From positions 83,005-147,004 of the forward strand of contig KV454013.1 in NCBI GenBank assembly GCA_001661245.1: a stretch of 64,000 nucleotides of DNA. The letters run 5' to 3'. The position numbers and the translations under genes were made by a program. A model generated the notes under the pieces. That model had not been told where the DNA came from, ran no database searches, and worked only from the letters and a program-made list of their open reading frames with translations. Below are positions 56,051-64,000 of this stretch, one piece after another; the first letter of the stretch is position 1; every line of letters starts with the position of its first letter. This DNA comes from Pachysolen tannophilus NRRL Y-2460. Taxonomy: Eukaryota.

Positions 56051-57766
56051 TCATGCTGAAGTTGAATTTGAAGATGATGTAGAATTTGTAAGAGAAGAAG
56101 TTGAGCCATAACAAATAGCATCAAACTCATCATCGTTCCATAAAGTTTCCAAATGGTCAATAAAAGTGTCAAATTCGCACCAGCCATCAACTCTGTCACC
56201 GCATGTAGGAATACTTTTGTTTAATGGAATAGTGTTTTCATTAACAACCATATGGATATAACTAGTGGTTGATGTACCATTAGCATAAGCTTTACTACGA
56301 TCAGCTGGAACTTCACTTTCACATTCAATAACTTCAAAGTAAGTTTGCGAAGCGAATGGAACAAGTTTTGAAATTCTGAAAGGTTGTTCACCATCTACAT
56401 CTGGACCTTTACCAGTAAAATTACTTTTAAATTGGTTTAAACCCAATGCAGTAAAAATGTTAATGATGACACTATCATGAGTGAAATCAAAATACAAATT
56501 TTGATCAGTTGGGAAATAACCAACATTTTTATCAAAAGTAGTATTTTGTTCTGCTTGATACAGTGGGTTATAAGATTGTTGAGTTAATCTGTTATAAAAT
56601 TCTTCAACCCAACCAATACCTAATGCTTTTGAATAATTGGTACCAAAACTATTTGTTTCATACCAGTCAACATCAATATAATATTCATAACCTTCCCATT
56701 CTTCTTGTGTAAATAATGAACAAAATTTAGAATAACCTAATGCATTAGTTTCATATGCACAAGCACTTTGCATATCAAATACTTGAGTATAATTCAACTT
56801 AACTCCGGTTAATTGACTATTTATTCTATTTGTTGCATTTGTCAAATAAGTTTTTAACCAAGATTCTGCCAATGAACTATTTATTGAATCTTCATTTTTA
56901 ATATAATTTGGACATGAATCATAAGGTGCCAAAGTATTATTAAAACCATCTTCTTCAATTAATAATTCCAAATTTGCATAATTTTCCCAATCAAGACCAT
57001 AAAATCCAGTCAAGAAATAAATTGCAGAATATTTCATTCTTTCTTCACTAGTACTTCTAGCAACATATTTTTTACCACTATCAATATTAGCTAAACTACC
57101 ATAATTGAACCATGTAGCAACACCTTTATCAAACAATTGTTGATTACCTAAACTTGTTAATATTTGTCCACCCATTTTATCTGTCCATGTATTTAAAAAT
57201 GATAAATTTCCAGACGCAGTAAAATTTGCTTTTTGTAAAGTTGAATCAAATGAAAATTTTGAAGTTGGATATCTACTACCATGACGAGTTAATGATTGTA
57301 CTTGTTTAATTGTACATTGATCTGGTAATGAATATTCATAAATACCCCATCCATCAGATATAAAATATGGAGAATAAGATCCCATTAATTCAAAAATATT
57401 TGTATCATTTTTTTCATAATCCAAACTTTGATCTGAAGTTTCAATTGGTTGTGGTCTAATATAAGATTTTGTTGGTATACCACTTACCGCTGCAACATCA
57501 TCTGTTTCAGCCAAGAAAGGTGGAGCTCCAGTGGTTGTTGCACCCAAATAACCTTCTGAAAATGGGTTTTCAAAACTAACACTTGCAGTAGTAGTTCCAC
57601 TATATCTTTGTGAAAAACTAAGTAAATAACCTGGTGTTGAAGTATAACTTGCCAAATTACTTGATAAAGTAGCAGAAGATGCACCAGAAGAAACTGGTAA
57701 AGCATTGACTTTTAACAAAATTGAAAACAAATTTGTTAATAGAATTACTTGCAATTTTGCAAACAT
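56051..57766 (-). CDS. Secreted histidine acid phosphatase/phytase (Pho3/Pho5/PhyB-like)
   Basis: Signal peptide, catalytic RHGSRYP and FTHD, many N-x-S/T sequons. Confidence 0.93.
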   Translation of the reverse strand: MFAKLQVILLTNLFSILLKVNALPVSSGASSATLSSNLASYTSTPGYLLSFSQRYSGTTTASVSFENPFSEGYLGATTTGAPPFLAETDDVAAVSGIPTKSYIRPQPIETSDQSLDYEKNDTNIFELMGSYSPYFISDGWGIYEYSLPDQCTIKQVQSLTRHGSRYPTSKFSFDSTLQKANFTASGNLSFLNTWTDKMGGQILTSLGNQQLFDKGVATWFNYGSLANIDSGKKYVARSTSEERMKYSAIYFLTGFYGLDWENYANLELLIEEDGFNNTLAPYDSCPNYIKNEDSINSSLAESWLKTYLTNATNRINSQLTGVKLNYTQVFDMQSACAYETNALGYSKFCSLFTQEEWEGYEYYIDVDWYETNSFGTNYSKALGIGWVEEFYNRLTQQSYNPLYQAEQNTTFDKNVGYFPTDQNLYFDFTHDSVIINIFTALGLNQFKSNFTGKGPDVDGEQPFRISKLVPFASQTYFEVIECESEVPADRSKAYANGTSTTSYIHMVVNENTIPLNKSIPTCGDRVDGWCEFDTFIDHLETLWNDDEFDAICYGSTSSLTNSTSSSNSTSA

Positions 57767-58280
57767 CTTTCACAAAAAATAGGTTTTTTTTCTTTTTCTG
57801 AAGAAAGGAAACAAATCTCTTTTACCAGAAAAACTAAAAGGGTGGAAATGATTTTTAAAAACGATTGAACCCAAAAAAAATCTTTCTTAGTGAATGAAAT
57901 TTGTTAAATTATATATATATATATTTATATATATATATTAAAAAGATTTAATAAGAGAACAAATAGTGTGTTTTTTTTTTACAATATTATTAATTTATTT
58001 CATTAATTTTATATACTAATTACATGTTCATAATCATTGATTGCTTCAATTATAACCGGTAAATGTAAAAACTTCAATTAGAATTTTCAATTAACTTTAA
58101 TACATTAATTATATGTACGTAATTAACCTATAGAGGAAATATTTTATTTAAAAAAAACAAAATATTATTATTATAGTCATCGTCATCGCACAGTATAAAA
58201 AGTTAATGGCCCGAAACGGAAGAAATTAAACCAAAATGATTATAGCAATTAGAAAATATAAACAAACGGTATTAACAAAA

Positions 58281-58286
58281 CACGTG
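58281..58286. promoter_or_regulatory. CACGTG E-box (Pho4/Cbf1 type) upstream of the phosphatase
   Basis: aaaCACGTGtgc about 515 bp upstream of the ATG at 57766. Confidence 0.5.
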
Positions 58287-59744
58287 TGCAACAATTTGAT
58301 CGTGGGTTCCGGTAAAGATATAATAATAATTTTTTTATTAAACTATTATTATTATGTATTAAAACTAATTTCTTTTTTGTGTTTATTTTGTTTATTCATT
58401 ACCGAGAAGCCGCCCAACACGTCGCATGTCGTATGTCTCATGTCTTATGCCGAGAAGCCGAGAAGCCGATCAAGTCCCCAAAAGACTTTAAAAGACTTTA
58501 AAAAGACCAAAAGCCTCCTACGCGGAAAAAAATTTAAATTACGGAAAATTGCCAGCACATTGTCGGCAAACTTTTTTTCAAAAATCTTAATTTTCCTTTC
58601 CTACTATAGTCAATACAAATAATACTCATTAATTATTAGATTTACATTTTCTACAATTTATGACTAAAGTTATTTTTCTTTTTTTTTTATTTTGATTTTT
58701 TTGCTTTGTAAAAATACTGAATTTCGATGCATATAAACAATGAAAATAAAGGTATGATTTAATTCTAACTAGGGTTCACACTCTCTTTCACACTCTTTTT
58801 TTTTTTTTGTTTATGAAACGGCCCTTATTGTAAACCCTTATTGTAAATCATTCATCAAACAAAATATAGCTTATAGAATAATAATTTTTTTTAAGCCAAC
58901 TAAAAAAAAAAATACTATTACATACATAAACTTATTATAAATCGGTTGTGATTGTAACTGAACTTGTGACGAATTGTTGAACATCTCTGAAGATAATAGT
59001 TTATATTGTTGTTGTGTCAAAATTGATGCCATTTGTTTGAAAAAAAAAAAAAAAAAAAAATATGGTATCTTTATCTTTTATCCTTCTCTTTTTACACAAT
59101 CAAGTTTAATGGTTGCAAAACTATTACTTATGATAACTTTTTTGTGGTATATCTGAAACAATATGGAAACGAACTAAAAACTCAAAAATGAAAAAAGATA
59201 GTAACCAAAACCAAAACCTAATTGAAATATACGTTGACTCCAGGTCAATATTTGGAGCTTCAAAACTTTTTAAAAAAAATAAAATAAAATAAATTCACAA
59301 CCTTATATATATATTAACTGTTTGATTAACAAGAAAAAAAAAAAGAACAAAAATTCAAAAACTCTGTTGAGTTGATTTTGTTCAAAAATTCGTTATTATT
59401 GTTGTTATAGATCGAAAAATTGAAAAATTAGTGTGATTATATGAAACTTTTTTACTTTTTTTCTCTCCCCCCTTTGAAAATATCTATTTCAAATTTATGG
59501 CAACAAGAAAAGATAAATATATAATTGAATATTTTTGATTACTTATTATTATTATTATATTTTCTTCTTTTCTTTCAATTTCTTTGAAAATGATAAATTA
59601 TTAAAAAAAAAATGAAATAAAATGATTAAACCTTCTCACCCCCTTACTATCAATTGCTTGTCGACGAACAAAAAAAAAATTATTAAAAAGAAATAGAGAA
59701 GAAAGGAATTTTGTTTATCAATTATATGTGAAACGCATTAATTA

Positions 59745-60031
59745 CTTTACCTAAAAGGGAAATCCTCACTTAATTCCCAAATAGGAAATGTAATTGGAAA
59801 TAAAAAAATTTTGTTTTTAAAAGAAAAAAGTGAAAAAAAAAGGCCAGCACACCTCACCAATATTGGGAATTATGTGCAAAAGAAAAACCAGAGCTTTAGT
59901 AGGTATAACAAAGAGTATTATAGTGCAGGATACACTTTGTGGGTATGGGATTTTTATTTTCAAGTGCGACGCGTCTTTCCCTTTGGCCCTCAAGACAAAA
60001 AAAAAAAAAAAGAAACTTTGGAATGACGCGT
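59745..60031 (+). promoter_or_regulatory. Cell-cycle promoter: three Mcm1/ECB-like boxes plus two MCB elements
   Basis: CCTAAAAGGG 59750-59759, CCCAAATAGG 59776-59785 flanked by TAATT, CCAATATTGG 59857-59866, and ACGCGT at 59969-59974 and 60026-60031. Confidence 0.75.
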
Positions 60032-60112
60032 AAACTGTAACTTTGATTTTCCTATTGTGGACTTTTTCAATATATACAAAGCAACAAAACAAGCACACTA
60101 TAACAACAACAG

Positions 60113-61912
60113 TTGCTGTCTCTTGAACCTCAAACTCCAAAGAAACGTCGTGGTAGGCCTCCAAAGAGATTATCAACAACAGCAGCAAATGGTATCATGA
60201 CAACTTCTTCAGATGCTCCTAATGTGTTGAAAAATACAAATTTTTATTTTCATTCACCAGCAGCTGCTAGTTCAGCAGCTGTATTGAAAAATGGATCACC
60301 AAACACTTCTTCACCTTTGATGAGAGTTTCTCCTGATGGGAAAAAGAGGAAAAATTCAATTTCAAAAGTATTACAATCAGGTCTAAAAGATAAAAGAATA
60401 ATTAATCAAAAATTATCTTTAAATAATAATAATAATATTAATAATAATAATGAAATTGAATTAAAATATAAGAGAATGCTTCCTCCTGCTTCAACAACTG
60501 TTCAAAAATTGGCAGATATAACTTTAAATGATGAAAAAAATAATAAAAAAAGAAGATTAAGTAATAATCATACTAAAGTATCAAGTTCAATCAAACCAAT
60601 TTTACCAACATCCTTAAGTTCATCTTCGCCTTCAAGGTTGAGAAACGATAGCTTAAATCCATCCATATTACTTTCGTCGCCAATCGTTAGTGTTCAACAA
60701 CAACAACAGCAACAGCAGCAACATCAGCAACAACAAGAATCGATGATGATGATGAAACAACAATGTAATAATCAAAGTTTCCCACAGATGAATTCCCCAT
60801 TAACTCCAAGCTCGCATTTTTCAAGTATAATCCAATCATCACCATTATATGCAAGCTATTATTTGAATCAAGAAAACCTCACTACAGGGAATTCAATGAT
60901 GACACCATCATCTGCCAAGAGAATATACAATTTTAACGAAACTCCTGTGCAACTTTCTTTAAATTCATCAAAAAATATTGAAGATCTTATGGATAGAGAT
61001 TCAAATTTAAATTCTCAAGATAAAAATAGTATTAATAACACTAGTAGTATTGCTGTAATGGATATAATAGCTCAAAATATCGCAAAGAAAAATACAGGTG
61101 CTGGTTATTCTTCTTCGTTGGTACAACCTCGTTGTTTTTCTAGTAATAATGTTTTATCAAAGAGTCCATTACCTGCATTTCCATCATCATCACCAGTAAG
61201 ACCAAAAGCAAATAGTTTATTACAAGCTTCTCCTTTCCAAAAATCTTTTTCAACATCAAATTTACCGATTGGAAATAAAAGATTACAAAAATCAAATACA
61301 TCTAATAATAGTATTAATAATAATAATAATAATAATGATAATAATACAAAGCCAGTAAATATTTCTACAGAAAGATGTTTGAAATTAGCTTTGAAAATAG
61401 ATAAAGAAGGAAAAGCTATTGTTGAAGAAGAAGAAAGTAATCAGATTGAACAACAAATCTTGAGAGATTCAAGCTCAAATTTAACGATAAAGCCATCTTT
61501 AATTTTAAATAATGCTATATTGGCATATAATAGAGATGTAGTAGATCATTACCAAAATCAGCTGCAGTATCGCAATAACATGGCTTTATCTTCGCTGGGT
61601 GAAATGCCGCTAATGGAATCATCAAGCTACTCCTCATCACCAGCAACCCTTTCGAATAGATCATCAACCATTTCCAGTACAGCAAACACTTTAAGAAGTA
61701 GTTCTGCATTACCTTCATCATCTTCAAATAACACAACAGATGTAGAAACAGATTATATTTCTACAACAAATAATTTGAAAAGAATGTTTTACGACAATGA
61801 ACATTTTTATAAAGGAATATCTGAATATGAAGAAGGAAATTCGTTATTCGAAGATTCAGAAAATGATGCAAGAAATGCCTTAATGAGAGCTTTCAAGACA
61901 AACAGTGTTTGA
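60113..61912 (+). CDS. MSA1: Msa1/Msa2-like G1 transcriptional co-regulator (start codon uncertain)
   Basis: Short conserved blocks in the expected order: KKRRGRPP, SPLMRV, LKIDKEGKA and C-terminal DARNAL. Low complexity with many SP/TP sites. First in-frame ATG is at 60197. Confidence 0.65.
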   Translation: MLSLEPQTPKKRRGRPPKRLSTTAANGIMTTSSDAPNVLKNTNFYFHSPAAASSAAVLKNGSPNTSSPLMRVSPDGKKRKNSISKVLQSGLKDKRIINQKLSLNNNNNINNNNEIELKYKRMLPPASTTVQKLADITLNDEKNNKKRRLSNNHTKVSSSIKPILPTSLSSSSPSRLRNDSLNPSILLSSPIVSVQQQQQQQQQHQQQQESMMMMKQQCNNQSFPQMNSPLTPSSHFSSIIQSSPLYASYYLNQENLTTGNSMMTPSSAKRIYNFNETPVQLSLNSSKNIEDLMDRDSNLNSQDKNSINNTSSIAVMDIIAQNIAKKNTGAGYSSSLVQPRCFSSNNVLSKSPLPAFPSSSPVRPKANSLLQASPFQKSFSTSNLPIGNKRLQKSNTSNNSINNNNNNNDNNTKPVNISTERCLKLALKIDKEGKAIVEEEESNQIEQQILRDSSSNLTIKPSLILNNAILAYNRDVVDHYQNQLQYRNNMALSSLGEMPLMESSSYSSSPATLSNRSSTISSTANTLRSSSALPSSSSNNTTDVETDYISTTNNLKRMFYDNEHFYKGISEYEEGNSLFEDSENDARNALMRAFKTNSV

Positions 61913-62509
61913 TAATAAAAAAAAAAATCTAGATAGATTAGAAGCTTGGAATTGCAGAATGTATATTTATGGTAATTAAGATGTGTAATCAAGATATTTT
62001 CGAACTTTTAACTTTTTTTTTTTACTTAAATTATTATTATTATTATTCTTATCTTCGGTTGTGTCGTTTTTTATATAGTTTGCATTTTAAATATCTTTTT
62101 GGAGTTTTTATAATGAATAAATGTAGATATTTCAGGAAATTACTATATTAGGAATTCTAAAGAAGAAACAATCAAATGCTTACCAATTAGGAAATTTATT
62201 TCTCAATTGAGAATGTTTCCACTTTAAGTATATTTGACCGTTGCTATTGTTTTATTCTGTCAAGACTGGGTTTTACACTTTAAATGTTAATGTTTTGAGG
62301 TAATTTTCAGAATTTGTAAATTTTTCACACAAAAAAAAAAAAAAAAAAAAAATTTTTTTGAAAAATTTTTCAGTTCTTTTAGCCTTGGAAAGGTAAACTT
62401 TGTGAAAAATTCAAAAAAAAAAGCATTATTTAAATATACTTTATTTTTCTATATTTTTAATATTCTATAAATTAATTCATTAGATAAAAATAAAATATAT
62501 ATATAGACA

Positions 62510-63679
62510 ATGTCTCACAGAAAGTTCGAAGCTCCACGTCACGGTTCTTTAGGTTTCTTACCAAGAAAGAGATCTGCTAAGCAAAGAGGTAGATGTAAGT
62601 CATTTCCAAAAGATGTTAAATCAAAACCAGTTGCTTTAACTGCATTTTTGGGTTACAAGGCCGGTATGTCAACCATTGTTCGTGATTTAGATCGTCCAGG
62701 TTCTAAGATGCACAAGCGTGAAGTTGTTGAAGCTGTCACAGTTGTTGATACTCCACCAATGGTTGTTGTTGGTGTTGTTGGTTACGTTGAAACTCCAAGA
62801 GGTTTACGTTCATTGACAACAGTTTGGGCTGAACATTTATCTGATGAAGTCAAGAGAAGATTTTATAAAAACTGGTATAAATCCAAGAAGAAGGCTTTTA
62901 CCAAATATTCTGCTAAATATGCTCAAAGTGCTACTGAAGTTGAACGTGAATTAGCAAGAATTAAGAAATATGCTACAGTTGTTAGAGTCTTGGCTCATAC
63001 TCAAATTAGAAAAACTCCATTATCTCAAAAGAAGGCTCATTTAGCTGAAATTCAAATTAATGGTGGTTCTATCTCTGAAAAAGTTGATTGGGCTGGAGAA
63101 CATTTTGAAAAAACTGTTTCAGTTGACAGTGTTTTTGAACAAAATGAAATGATTGATGCTATTGCCGTCACTAAAGGTCATGGTTTTGAAGGTGTTACTG
63201 CCAGATGGGGTACCAAGAAATTACCAAGAAAGACCCATAGAGGTTTAAGAAAAGTTGCTTGTATTGGTGCTTGGCATCCAGCTCATGTCCAATGGACTGT
63301 TGCTCGTGCTGGTCAAAGAGGTTACCACCACAGAACTTCTATCAACCACAAAGTTTACAGAGTTGGTAAAGGTGATGATGAAGCTAATGCCGCCACTGAA
63401 TTTGACAGAACCAAGAAAACCATTACTCCATTGGGTGGATTTGTCAGATACGGTGAAGTTAAGAATGATTTCGTTGTCTTAAAAGGTTCTATTCCAGGTC
63501 CAGTTAAACGTGTTATTACTTTAAGAAAATCATTATACACTCATACTTCAAGAAGAGCTTTGGAAGAAGTTAACTTGAAATGGATCGATACTGCATCTAA
63601 ATTCGGTAAAGGTAGATTCCAAACCCCAGCTGAAAAGCACGCTTTCTTGGGTACTTTAAAGAAAGATTTGGAAAACTAA
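62510..63679 (+). CDS. RPL3: 60S ribosomal protein L3 (uL3)
   Basis: [21 protein letters not shown] and [13 protein letters not shown]; strong codon bias; RRPE-like TGAAAAATTTT near 62360. Confidence 0.99.
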   Translation: MSHRKFEAPRHGSLGFLPRKRSAKQRGRCKSFPKDVKSKPVALTAFLGYKAGMSTIVRDLDRPGSKMHKREVVEAVTVVDTPPMVVVGVVGYVETPRGLRSLTTVWAEHLSDEVKRRFYKNWYKSKKKAFTKYSAKYAQSATEVERELARIKKYATVVRVLAHTQIRKTPLSQKKAHLAEIQINGGSISEKVDWAGEHFEKTVSVDSVFEQNEMIDAIAVTKGHGFEGVTARWGTKKLPRKTHRGLRKVACIGAWHPAHVQWTVARAGQRGYHHRTSINHKVYRVGKGDDEANAATEFDRTKKTITPLGGFVRYGEVKNDFVVLKGSIPGPVKRVITLRKSLYTHTSRRALEEVNLKWIDTASKFGKGRFQTPAEKHAFLGTLKKDLEN

Positions 63680-64000
63680 GTTAATTGAAAACAAATTACC
63701 CTTTCTTTTTTTTTTCAATTATTATTATTAACTTTATTCTATTAATAAAGTTTATCGTTTTCTTTTTTTTTTTTTTTTTTTTTTTTTCCTTTCTTCAAAA
63801 TAATAGAATCAAAGTATTTATTTTTTTGACTTGACTGTAGATATAAAGAATTATGGCCTCAACAAGTAAAGTATTGAAGTATCAAAAACAGCAGAAGTAA
63901 TGCTCTGCACGTACAAAAAAAAAAAATAAAAAGAAATATTAATGAAAACGGAAAAACCCTATGTACTTAAAACTGCATACAATCACGCTATGTTTTTATT

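Noticed and set aside
58236..58622. 128-aa ORF upstream of the phosphatase
   Set aside because: Built from promoter repeats and T-runs, with no homology cues.
1..64000. tRNA, rRNA, LTR/transposon or CRISPR features
   Set aside because: I saw no A/B-box cloverleaf, rRNA-like tract, TG..CA LTR pair, transposase or RT ORF, or repeat-spacer array by eye. Small ncRNAs could have been missed without covariance-model searches.

Overview
AT-rich, gene-dense nuclear DNA from a budding yeast (Saccharomycotina), with about 30 mostly housekeeping genes: SHE9, SPT3, ELG1, PNO1, MDM32, FAD3, SPP2, THI80, LSC1, SMP3, RPT3, RIO1, ARD1, TRS31, HIR2, CKB1, CCC2, a LYP1-like permease, MSW1, MUS81, PET123, SME1, MTR10, CIA30, PNS1, an acid phosphatase, an MSA1/2-like gene and RPL3. 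In-frame CTG codons fall where homologues have Ala, which points to the CUG-Ala code (Pachysolen-like clade; inference). The main find is the importin-beta gene SXM1, split into two intact, convergent ORFs (N-half 21087..19057 on minus, C-half 17901..18914 on plus). Inverting about 17892..19062 rebuilds one uninterrupted ORF of about 1015 aa, so this is either gene fission by inversion or an assembly inversion. Also found: a small SMN (survival motor neuron)-like gene, an MSA1/2 homologue whose conserved N-terminal motif lies upstream of any in-frame AUG and whose promoter has both ECB and MCB sites, and three spliceosomal introns missed by the ORF track. I recognised no tRNA, rRNA, transposon or CRISPR. 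All homology calls come from remembered family motifs, not database searches.
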